DNA of 64,000 nucleotides, from the NCBI GenBank assembly GCA_049322315.1, contig JBMORF010000076.1, positions 73,221-137,220 on the forward strand, written 5' to 3'. This DNA comes from Thermodesulfobacteriota bacterium (GTDB lineage Bacteria; Desulfobacterota; Desulfobaccia; Desulfobaccales; 0-14-0-80-60-11). The notes under the pieces were generated by a model, which did not search any database, was not told where the DNA came from, and saw only the letters and a list, made by a program, of their open reading frames with translations. Both the position numbers and the translations under genes were made by a program. Positions 55,905 to 63,263 of the stretch are shown here, one piece after another. Within the stretch, counting starts at the first letter, position 1. Each line of letters begins with the position of its first letter.

Positions 55905-56387
55905 ATGGATATGGCAAGTGTGGAAAAGGATCTCCGGCGTCGAATAAACCAATCAAGCGAATGGATAGAATCCGGTAGGACAAGCTTGATTTCGGATTTA
56001 CAAATTAGAAAGTTCCCTTGTAAAGCCGAACCGGTTAAATTTCTTGATTATAGGAATAGGGTTGAAAGATATGGAATTAGGTTTCGCCTTGAATTTATCA
56101 CGTCGCAAGGTTCATATGAATCCTTCGTCGATATCTTGATAAAAGATACTCGATCTATGTCTAAGGACGAGAAATCAATTGCTAACCCTCCATATATTGT
56201 TATCTATGCCTTAAACCATGAAACTCAAAAGACCGAGCTTATTTCTTATGAATATTTGGAAAACACACAGGTCTATAAAAAAAGTTTATCCCAATCTATT
56301 GAGGAATGGTACAAAGATTGGCTTTTTAAAACATTACGCCATGATAAAAATGTCTCGAAGATAATCAAATTCAAGAAGAAAACATGA
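55905..56387 (+). CDS. Hypothetical protein in an AT-rich insert between msbA and lpxK
   Basis: 160-aa ORF that is visibly AT-rich against GC-rich neighbours. Lys/Ile/Tyr-rich with no recognised motif. Followed by a hairpin and T-run. Confidence 0.45.
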   Translation: MDMASVEKDLRRRINQSSEWIESGRTSLISDLQIRKFPCKAEPVKFLDYRNRVERYGIRFRLEFITSQGSYESFVDILIKDTRSMSKDEKSIANPPYIVIYALNHETQKTELISYEYLENTQVYKKSLSQSIEEWYKDWLFKTLRHDKNVSKIIKFKKKT

Positions 56388-56400
56388 TGCATTTCTAACT

Positions 56401-56435
56401 CGTTCCCAAGCTCTCCTTGGGAACGCAATTTTTTT
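56401..56435 (+). terminator. Rho-independent terminator candidate
   Basis: cgttcccaag-ctctc-cttgggaacg, then gcaattttttt. A second hairpin, ttgccgaagctctgcttcggcaa, follows (56434-56456). Confidence 0.55.
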
Positions 56436-56505
56436 GCCGAAGCTCTGCTTCGGCAACGCCGGAAACCGCTTGCGCCCTGTAATTCAGGAAATAATTTAGC
56501 GAAAC

Positions 56506-57591
56506 ATGCGCGTCCCCCTTCAAAACCTTTTTGACCGCCTCCAGGATCAGAACGCGGTCTCCCCTCCCGGCTTACCTCTAAAGGCCCTGGCCGCGGCCCT
56601 GGCGGGGTTTTACGGTCTCGGGGCCAGAACCCGCCGGGCCCTCTATACCCAAGGCTGGTTGAAGGTGAAACGCCTGCCTGCGCCCGTAATCAGCGTGGGC
56701 AACCTCACCGTGGGGGGCACGGGGAAGACCCCCATGGCGGCCTGCCTGGCCCGGCTCTTACAGGGCCAGGGGCAAAAAGTGGCCATTCTCAGCCGGGGTT
56801 ACGGGGGCGCAGCAAAAAACGTCATCTGCATTTCTGACGGACGGCAGATCTACCAAAAACCTCCGGAAGTGGGGGAAGAGGCTTACTGGCTGGCCAAGAG
56901 CCTCCCCGGCGTGGCGGTGTATACCGGATTGTCACGCTATGCCGCGGGCCTGGCGGCCTGGCGGGAGATCCAGCCGGATTTTTTTATATTGGATGATGGC
57001 TTTCAGCACTTTCAACTGCATCGAGACCTGGACGTGGCGCTCCTGGACGCTCAAGCGCCTTTTGGCAACGGCTATCTCCTGCCCCGGGGTCCCTTAAGGG
57101 AGCCTAGGGCCACGCTGAAGACCGCCGGGGTGCTGGTCCTCACCCGTTTCCAGGCCGAGGCGCATCAGGACCGGCTGGCTTTCCTGCAACGGCAATTTCC
57201 CGGCAAAACCGTGCTCACTGCGGCCATCTTGCCCACCGGCGCCCGGATTTATTCGGAAGGCCGGGGCATTTCTCTGCCCAGTCTTAAGAACCAAAAACTC
57301 CTGGCCTTCGCGGGTCTGGCCCGGCCCCAAGTCTTTTCTGACACCCTCCGGGACCTGGGGGTGAATCTTTTAGGCTGCCGGGACTTCCCGGACCATTACG
57401 CCTTTCAAGCCCGCGACCTGGAGAGCCTGGTAAAAGAGGGCCAAACCCTGGGGGCCGCGGGTCTCATCACCACTGCCAAAGACTGGGCTCGCCTGGGGGA
57501 CAGATGGGATTGGCCCACGCCGCTTTATGTCCTGGAGGTGGAAGCGCGGCTGGATGGGGAGGGGGAAGAGAAAATATTAGAAATTTTGGGG
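56506..57591 (+). other. lpxK: Tetraacyldisaccharide 4'-kinase portion
   Basis: 'VISVGNLTVGGTGKTP' P-loop, 'ILSRGYGG' and 'ILDDGFQH'. About 362 aa, the normal LpxK length. Confidence 0.85.
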
Positions 57592-58938
57592 GATGCTGCC
57601 GGTTTCGGCTACGGGAAAGAAGCCTGTTCCTCTGGAAAGGGACATTCTTCTCGTAGGGGCGAACCTGGTGTTCGCCCCGGGCCTGGGCGAACACCAGGTT
57701 CGCCCCTACAAATTAACAGATGTTTAACTGTAACAAAGCATAATGCCTCGTATCCTAACATTGTGGCCGGGTTTGACTGCTTTCCCCGGCAGATACCTGA
57801 CATCACCTCCCCTGAACAACCCCTCCCTCTCCCCCCGGAGGTCAAGCAACGCTTTGGGGAATTGCGGGTGAGGGGCCAGGGGAAAATTGATCCGCAAAAG
57901 GTGCGGCGCCTCCTGGTCCGGGTCCCCAACTGGGTGGGGGACGCGGTCATGAGCCTGCCCACCCTGGCCGGGGTGCAGGCGCTCTTCCCCCAGGCGGAGA
58001 TTACGGTGCTGGCCGCACCCCGGGTGGCGCCCCTTTTTGCTGGCATCCCCGGAGTGTTCCAGGTGGTAGTCTATCCCGACGGAGGAGAAAAATGGCGTAT
58101 TCTTTGGCGTATGCGCCAGGGGCAGACAATTTACGAAAAACGAAAAACGAAAAACGAAAAACTTTCTTTCGATTTAGGTCTATCTCTCCCCAATTCCTGG
58201 GAAGCGGCCTTGGGCCTGTGGCTGGCCGGGGCCGAAACCCGGCTGGGCTACGCCACCCAGGGGCGGGGGCTTTTGCTCAACTTGGCGGTAACGGGGATGG
58301 ATTCTCTGGCGGGCCTGCACACGGTTTATTATCTCCTGGGGGTGCTCCAGGGCCTGGGCGGAGTGGATTTTATTGTCAGTCCCCGGCTTTATCTCCGGGA
58401 TGATGAAGTGCAGGAGGCGGCCGCGCTCTTAAAGACTAGTCAAGGGCAGGGACCCTGGGTGGGGCTGAGCCCGGGCGCGGCTTTCGGCCCGGCCAAACGC
58501 TGGCCCCCGGAGCGTTTCGCCGCTTTGGGTCAAGAGCTGCAAGCTGAATTCGGGGCCCGCCTGGTGCTGTTGGGCGGTCCGGAGGACCGGGAGACGGCCG
58601 CGAAGGTTAAGGAGCGGCTCCCCGGCGCCCTGGACCTGGTGGGCCGCACCACCTTGCGCCAGGCCCTGGGCGTGTTGACCCGGCTTTCCCTGTTAATCAC
58701 CAATGATTCCGGATTGATGCACGCGGCTGCGGCCTTGGGCGCCCCCCAGGTGGCCCTCTTCGGCTCCACCGACCCCACGGCCACCGGGCCGTTTACTGAT
58801 CGGGCCACGGTGCTCCGGCACCCCCTGCCTTGCAGCCCTTGTTTTAAGCGCACCTGTGACCTGGATTACCGGTGCCTGCTGGATATCAGCGTGCCGGAAG
58901 TCCTGGACGCGGCTAAGGGATGGCTGAAGGAAGGATAA
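56506..58938 (+). CDS. Continuous 810-aa ORF encoding LpxK then WaaF, joined by a ~100-codon non-conserved linker
   Basis: One open frame in the track. The two conserved halves are listed as the next two features. The linker contains the GEPCVRP hairpin A4. Confidence 0.7.
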   Translation: MRVPLQNLFDRLQDQNAVSPPGLPLKALAAALAGFYGLGARTRRALYTQGWLKVKRLPAPVISVGNLTVGGTGKTPMAACLARLLQGQGQKVAILSRGYGGAAKNVICISDGRQIYQKPPEVGEEAYWLAKSLPGVAVYTGLSRYAAGLAAWREIQPDFFILDDGFQHFQLHRDLDVALLDAQAPFGNGYLLPRGPLREPRATLKTAGVLVLTRFQAEAHQDRLAFLQRQFPGKTVLTAAILPTGARIYSEGRGISLPSLKNQKLLAFAGLARPQVFSDTLRDLGVNLLGCRDFPDHYAFQARDLESLVKEGQTLGAAGLITTAKDWARLGDRWDWPTPLYVLEVEARLDGEGEEKILEILGDAAGFGYGKEACSSGKGHSSRRGEPGVRPGPGRTPGSPLQINRCLTVTKHNASYPNIVAGFDCFPRQIPDITSPEQPLPLPPEVKQRFGELRVRGQGKIDPQKVRRLLVRVPNWVGDAVMSLPTLAGVQALFPQAEITVLAAPRVAPLFAGIPGVFQVVVYPDGGEKWRILWRMRQGQTIYEKRKTKNEKLSFDLGLSLPNSWEAALGLWLAGAETRLGYATQGRGLLLNLAVTGMDSLAGLHTVYYLLGVLQGLGGVDFIVSPRLYLRDDEVQEAAALLKTSQGQGPWVGLSPGAAFGPAKRWPPERFAALGQELQAEFGARLVLLGGPEDRETAAKVKERLPGALDLVGRTTLRQALGVLTRLSLLITNDSGLMHAAAALGAPQVALFGSTDPTATGPFTDRATVLRHPLPCSPCFKRTCDLDYRCLLDISVPEVLDAAKGWLKEG
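57653..57709. repeat. GEPCVRP-hairpin element, copy A4 (intragenic, compensated variant)
   Basis: gtaggggcgaacctggtgttcgcccc-N8-gggcgaacaccaggttcgcccctac. Both arms carry the matching change (ccttgtg to cctggtg, cacaagg to caccagg). Translated as RRGEPGVRPGPGRTPGSPLQ. Confidence 0.85.
57901..58938 (+). other. waaF: ADP-heptose:LPS heptosyltransferase II (GT9) portion
   Basis: From the GTG at 57901. 'LLVRVPNWVGDAVMSLPTL', 'LPNSWEAAL', 'GLSPGAAFGPAKRWPPERFAAL' and 'TNDSGLMHAAAALG' are collinear with E. coli WaaF. Confidence 0.8.
58133..58162 (+). repeat. Heptamer tract acgaaaa x4, inside the waaF coding sequence
   Basis: acgaaaaacgaaaaacgaaaaacgaaaaac is translated as ..YEKRKTKNEKL.., an insertion relative to E. 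coli WaaF between 'LREK' and 'RYDRAYVLPNSF'. Confidence 0.9.
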
Positions 58939-59498
58939 TGAAAGAGATTGCGGTCTTTCTCGATCGGGACGGGACCATCAATGAACAGATGGGATATATC
59001 AACCACCTGAGCCGTTTTGTACTACTGCCCCGGAGCGCGGCGGCCATCAAGCTGCTCAATGATGCGGGGCTCAAGGTAGTGGTGGTTACCAACCAAGCCG
59101 GCGCGGCCCGGGGTTACTACCCTCCATCCCTGGTGCAGGAAGTCCATGCCCTCATGCAAAATCTACTGGCCGCGGCGGGAGCGCGGCTGGACGCCATATA
59201 CGCCTGCACCCACGGCCCCCGTGATGACTGCGCCTGCCGCAAACCCCAGCCAGGCTTGATTTTACAGGCCGCAAAGGAACTTAATCTGGATCTCTCCCGG
59301 TCCTACCTGGTGGGGGACCGGTATAATGATATCGAAACCGGGGCCAGGGCCGGGGTCCAGGGAATTTTGGTGCTCACCGGCTATGGCCGGGGGGAATACG
59401 AGCATTTTGCACCCACTTGGGACATCAGTCCGGTGCACGTGGCCGCGGACCTTTGGGACGCAGCGGCGTGGATCATCAAGGAACTGGATAAAGCTTAA
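58938..59498 (+). CDS. gmhB: D-glycero-beta-D-manno-heptose-1,7-bisphosphate 7-phosphatase
   Basis: Start at MKEIAVFLDRDGTIN (DxDxT), overlapping the upstream stop (ataatg). 'VVVTNQAG' and the Zn-site 'CTHGPRDDCACRKP'. Confidence 0.85.
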   Translation: MKEIAVFLDRDGTINEQMGYINHLSRFVLLPRSAAAIKLLNDAGLKVVVVTNQAGAARGYYPPSLVQEVHALMQNLLAAAGARLDAIYACTHGPRDDCACRKPQPGLILQAAKELNLDLSRSYLVGDRYNDIETGARAGVQGILVLTGYGRGEYEHFAPTWDISPVHVAADLWDAAAWIIKELDKA

Positions 59499-59562
59499 CT
59501 GCCGGGGATGAGAGAAAGACCTAAAAACAGTAAGGAGTCCAGGCGAAGAATTGCTGTATTTA

Positions 59563-59646
59563 AGTCCCCCTTTATAAAGGGGGATTAGGGGGATTTTTCG
59601 AGGACTTATAAAATCCCCCCTACCCCCCTTTAGAAAAGGGGGGAAT
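59563..59646. repeat. ccccc/ggggg-box repeat, inverted dimer, copy C4
   Basis: agtccccctttataaagggggattagggggattttt ... aaaatcccccctacccccctttagaaaagggggga. Confidence 0.8.
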
Positions 59647-59676
59647 TTTTGTCGTTGCTTTTTTTCGACTATTACT

Positions 59677-60756
59677 ATGATTAGGCATCAACCCCGCATT
59701 TTAATGATCAAACTCAGCGCCTTCGGGGACGTGCTCCATACCCTGCCGACGCTGGAGGCCCTCAGGGCCGCGTTTCCGGAAGGGGACATCACCTGGCTGG
59801 TGGAAGCCCAATTTGCGCCGCTCTTAGAGGGACACCCGGCCTTGGATGCAGTCTGGGCCGTGCCCCGGGTGCGCCTGGGGCAAAAGGTCTCCCGGCGGGA
59901 GTTGCAGGACCTGTTCCGGCTGGCGCGCCGGGTGCGGACCACCCCCTTCGACCTGGTTATCGACCTCCAGGGGCTGCTGAAGAGCGCCCTGTGGACGTCC
60001 CTGGCCAAAAGCCCCCGGAAAGTGGGCTACGACCGCACCCGGGAAATGAGCTATCTGGCCCTGACGGAGCGGCTGCCGCCCTACGCCCGGGAGGCCCATG
60101 CGGTCTGGCGCTACCTGAACGTGGCCCGCTACCTGGGCGCCCCCCCTGCCCTGCCCAAGTTTAGATTGGGATTGAGGCCGGTTTTTCCTGATGCCTTATT
60201 CCAGACAGTCAATGTAGGGGCGAATCTTGTATTCGCCCAAACCCCAGGGCGAACACAAGGTTCGCCCCTACGAGGAAATACCTCTTTGGTGGCGCTTCAC
60301 CCCGGGGCGCGTTGGCCCACCAAAATCTGGCCGCCTTCGTCCTGGGCGCATTTGGCGGATTGGCTCATCCGGGAAAAAGGTTTGAGGGTGGTCCTCACCG
60401 GCAGCGGTGCCGACCGGGAACTGGCGGATCAAATTTGTGCGCAGATGCATGAGAAAGCCCTGAACCTGGCGGGACGAATGACCCTGGCGGAATTAGCCGG
60501 GGTCCTGCAACTAGCCAGGCTAGCCGTCACCGCGGACACCGGCCCCATGCACCTGGCCGCGGCTTTAGGCACCCCGGTGGTGGCCATCTTCGGCCCCACC
60601 GCGCCGGGGCGCAGCGGCCCCTTCGGGGCAGGACACCGGGTGGTGCGCTTAGGCGTGGCCTGCAGCCCCTGCTTTAAAAGACGCTGCCAGGAACCCCGGT
60701 GCCTGACGGACCTGGCCCCGGAGGCGGTGCAGGCGGTAGTGGAGAAATCCTTGTGA
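59677..60756 (+). CDS. waaC: ADP-heptose:LPS heptosyltransferase I (GT9) carrying an in-frame hairpin-repeat insertion
   Basis: 'ILMIKLSAFGDVLHTLPTLEALR', 'DLQGLLKSALWTSL', 'TADTGPMHLAAALGTPVVAIFGPT'. It is collinear with E. coli WaaC except for ..VNVGANLVFAQTPGRTQGSPLRGNTS.. (repeat A5). Confidence 0.8.
   Translation: MIRHQPRILMIKLSAFGDVLHTLPTLEALRAAFPEGDITWLVEAQFAPLLEGHPALDAVWAVPRVRLGQKVSRRELQDLFRLARRVRTTPFDLVIDLQGLLKSALWTSLAKSPRKVGYDRTREMSYLALTERLPPYAREAHAVWRYLNVARYLGAPPALPKFRLGLRPVFPDALFQTVNVGANLVFAQTPGRTQGSPLRGNTSLVALHPGARWPTKIWPPSSWAHLADWLIREKGLRVVLTGSGADRELADQICAQMHEKALNLAGRMTLAELAGVLQLARLAVTADTGPMHLAAALGTPVVAIFGPTAPGRSGPFGAGHRVVRLGVACSPCFKRRCQEPRCLTDLAPEAVQAVVEKSL
60214..60271. repeat. 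GEPCVRP-hairpin element, copy A5 (intragenic in waaC)
   Basis: gtaggggcgaatcttgtattcgccc-N8-gggcgaacacaaggttcgcccctac. The left arm has two substitutions. Confidence 0.85.
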
Positions 60757-60789
60757 CCCTCCGCCAATAATTGGTAAGATGCAAAATAG

Positions 60790-60861
60790 TACAGCCTGGC
60801 TATAAACGGCTATATCACCGGCCAGACCTTGAACGTCAACGGCGGCTGGTACATGAGTTAG
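60790..60861 (+). pseudogene. C-terminal remnant of a FabG-like short-chain dehydrogenase
   Basis: My translation of the 23-codon open frame after a TAG is YSLAINGYITGQTLNVNGGWYMS*. 'ITGQTLxVNGG.YM' is the characteristic SDR/FabG C-terminus. No upstream body exists. Confidence 0.45.
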
Positions 60862-60866
60862 AGACA

Positions 60867-60946
60867 GTTTTCCGTTTACCGTTTTCAGTTTTCCGCCAAA
60901 AGCAGGAATGAAAGCTCTACGGAAAACGGAAAACGGATGAAAACGG
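60867..60946. repeat. Inverted heptamer-arm hairpin (ttttccg / cggaaaa)
   Basis: gttttccgtttaccgttttcagttttccg ... cggaaaacggaaaacggatgaaaacgg ends 7 nt before the trm112-like ATG. Confidence 0.75.
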
Positions 60947-60953
60947 AGGCGTT

Positions 60954-61124
60954 ATGGCCATCAGTAAAGAGCTTCTGGAGATTTTAGCCTGCCCCCAATG
61001 CAAGGGGGACATCCACTTGAATGACAAGGGCGACGGCCTCATCTGCGACAAGTGCAAATTGCTTTACGAAATCAAGGATGACATCCCCATCATGCTCATC
61101 GACGAGGCCAAACCCTTTAAATAA
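60954..61124 (+). CDS. Trm112/YcaR-family small zinc-ribbon protein (UPF0434)
   Basis: 56 aa, so below the track cut-off. My translation is MAISKELLEILACPQCKGDIHLNDKGDGLICDKCKLLYEIKDDIPIMLIDEAKPFK, with the CPxC...CxxC and 'IPIML.DEA' signature. E. coli ycaR lies near lpxK and kdsB. Confidence 0.75.
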   Translation: MAISKELLEILACPQCKGDIHLNDKGDGLICDKCKLLYEIKDDIPIMLIDEAKPFK

Positions 61125-61125
61125 T

Positions 61126-61213
61126 CGTTTTTCGTTTTTCGTTTTGCGTTTCCCGTAAATGAAAAAAGACCTTCCGGGAAGCACGAAAAACGAAAAACGA
61201 AAAACGAAAAACG
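61126..61213. repeat. Inverted heptamer-arm hairpin (cgttttt / acgaaaa x4)
   Basis: cgtttttcgtttttcgttttgcgtttcccg-loop-cgggaagcacgaaaaacgaaaaacgaaaaacgaaaaacg. The right arm ends 4 nt before the GT2 ATG. Confidence 0.85.
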
Positions 61214-61217
61214 TACC

Positions 61218-61982
61218 ATGCGGCTTTCAGTTACCGTCATCGCCCTCAATGAAGAGGCCAACATCGTCCCCTGCCTGGAGTCGGTGCGCTTTGCCGATGA
61301 GATCATCGTGGTGGATTCCGGCAGTACGGACCGGACCCTGGAGTTGGCCCGAAACTTCACGGACCGTATCTTTACCACCGATTGGCGGGGATTTGCGGGC
61401 GCCAAAAACTTCGCCCTGGACCAGGCCCGGATGGAGTGGGTCTTTTCCCTGGACCTGGATGAGCGGGTGCCGCCTGACTTGCAACAGGAAATACTAGAGG
61501 TGGTGCAAGCCGACGGACCCCTGGCCGCCTACAAAGTCCCCCGGAAAAACTATGTGGGCCGCCGCTGGATCAGGCATCTGGGCTGGTACCCGGATCATAC
61601 CTTGCGGCTCTTCCGCCGCGACCAGGGGCGCTTCCGGGAGCGGGAGGTGCACGAGGAAGTGGTGGTGCCCGGGCCGGTGGGTTTATTGCGCACTCCCCTG
61701 GAGCATTATTCTTATAACAACCTGGAGGAATATGCGGCGCGCCAGGACCGCTACGCCCGCCTGGCCGCGGGGGAGATGCGTAAAGCCGGACGCCGTCCCT
61801 TGCCCGGGGAACTCCTGTGGCGGCCGGCCCTCACTTTCTTGAATCTTTTTGTGCTGAAGCGGGGTTTCCTGGAAGGCAATTTGGGGTTAAAGCTGACGCT
61901 GCAAGCCAGCCGCTATAATTTCTTGAAATACCATTACCTGCGGGAATTCTTTCGTAGGGGCGAACCTTGTGTTCGCCCGTAA
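61218..61982 (+). CDS. Family 2 glycosyltransferase (LPS core, WaaE/KdtX-like)
   Basis: 'LSVTVIALNEEANIVPCLESVRFADEIIVVDSGSTDRT' and the 'SLDLDE' DxD-type motif. The last 7 codons and stop (..RRGEPCVRP*) come from repeat A6. Confidence 0.8.
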   Translation: MRLSVTVIALNEEANIVPCLESVRFADEIIVVDSGSTDRTLELARNFTDRIFTTDWRGFAGAKNFALDQARMEWVFSLDLDERVPPDLQQEILEVVQADGPLAAYKVPRKNYVGRRWIRHLGWYPDHTLRLFRRDQGRFREREVHEEVVVPGPVGLLRTPLEHYSYNNLEEYAARQDRYARLAAGEMRKAGRRPLPGELLWRPALTFLNLFVLKRGFLEGNLGLKLTLQASRYNFLKYHYLREFFRRGEPCVRP

Positions 61983-62013
61983 TCGTCCAGGGCGAACACA
62001 AGGTTCGCCCCCA
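61954..62013. repeat. GEPCVRP-hairpin element, copy A6
   Basis: gtaggggcgaaccttgtgttcgccc-gtaatcgtcca-gggcgaacacaaggttcgcccccac. The spacer supplies the GT2 stop codon. Confidence 0.85.
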
Positions 62014-62050
62014 CGAAAATAACTATTTTGATGAAAAATCGGCCTAATAC

Positions 62051-62247
62051 CAATACGGTTCACTTAAGCGGTTAGGAATCGGTGGGCAGTGCCCACCCTA
62101 CGTTATGTCATTCTGAACGGAGCGAAGCGGAGGGAAGAATCTCTGCTTTTCCAGGAAGTTAAAGATTCTGTGTTTGCCTCCGGCTCCCTCAGAATGACAT
62201 GTTAATTGACTTCCCTTCATTTTGATACGCTTAAGTGAACAGCATTG
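62051..62247 (+). mobile_element. 197-bp MITE, copy B2
   Basis: Same length, TIRs and internal hairpins as 45083-45279, with only scattered substitutions. Confidence 0.8.
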
Positions 62248-62281
62248 GGTCTAAGAACGCATCCCGAGGAACAGACTTTTA

Positions 62282-62362
62282 AGTCCCCCTTTTTTAAAGG
62301 GGGATTTAGGGGGATTTTCAGGCGCTTAGAAAATCCCCCCGGCCCCCTTTAGAAAAGGGGGA
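62282..62362. repeat. ccccc/ggggg-box repeat, inverted dimer, copy C5
   Basis: agtcccccttttttaaagggggatttagggggatttt ... aaaatccccccggccccctttagaaaaggggga. Confidence 0.8.
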
Positions 62363-62432
62363 GAAGATACCTCCTGTTACCAGGCCTCATGCTCTAAACG
62401 GAAGGCATTAAACTACGGAACTCAGGCAAATT

Positions 62433-63239
62433 ATGACAATCGATCCCAGCGCCAAAATCGCCCCGGACGTGGAACTGGCGCCGGACGTGGAGGTGGGTCC
62501 CGGAGTGATCATCGAGGGTCCCAGCCGCATCGGGCCGGGAAGCCGCATCCAGGCTCATGCCTATATCGGTCCTTATACCACCCTGGGCGCCAACAACCTC
62601 ATCGGCTTCGGGGCCATCATCGGCCATGAGCCCCAGGATTACGCCTTCAAAGGGGAAGAGAGCTATACCCTCATCGGTGACCACAACCTCATCCGGGAAT
62701 ACGTCACCATTCACCGGGGCACCAAGCCGGGGAGCGCCACCCGGGTGGGAAACCACTGTTTCCTCATGGGCTTAAGCCACATGGCCCACAACGCGGTCTT
62801 GGGAGACCATGTCATCGTGGTCAACGGCGCTTTGGTGGGGGGTTACGTGGAAGTGGCGGACCGGGCCTTCATCTCCGCCAACTGCCTGCTGCACCAGTTC
62901 ATCCGGGTGGGCACCCTGGTGATGATGCGGGGCGGAGCCCGGGCCTCCCGGGACCTGCCGCCCTATAGCAATATTGATGACACCCACGTGGTCAAGGGCG
63001 TCAACCTGGTGGGCCTGCGCCGGGCCGGTTTTAGCAGAGACCAGATCGGGCCGTTGCGCCAGGCCTTCCGGATCCTGTTCGGGCGGCGCACCAATCTGAA
63101 GCAAGCCCTGGAACAGGTGGAGGCCGAGGCGCCCATGACCAAGGAAGTGGCGCATCTGCTGGCATTTATCCGCGCCTCTAAACGGGGCGTGGCCATGGGT
63201 CCCAGGCAGGTCAGGACCAACGACGAAGATGAGTTTTAA
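62433..63239 (+). CDS. lpxA: Acyl-ACP:UDP-N-acetylglucosamine O-acyltransferase
   Basis: Left-handed beta-helix hexapeptide repeats, then the LpxA C-terminal helical region 'VKGVNLVGLRRAGFSRDQIGPLRQAFRILF'. Confidence 0.9.
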   Translation: MTIDPSAKIAPDVELAPDVEVGPGVIIEGPSRIGPGSRIQAHAYIGPYTTLGANNLIGFGAIIGHEPQDYAFKGEESYTLIGDHNLIREYVTIHRGTKPGSATRVGNHCFLMGLSHMAHNAVLGDHVIVVNGALVGGYVEVADRAFISANCLLHQFIRVGTLVMMRGGARASRDLPPYSNIDDTHVVKGVNLVGLRRAGFSRDQIGPLRQAFRILFGRRTNLKQALEQVEAEAPMTKEVAHLLAFIRASKRGVAMGPRQVRTNDEDEF

Positions 63240-63263
63240 TACTTTATGTAATTAGTATAAGTT

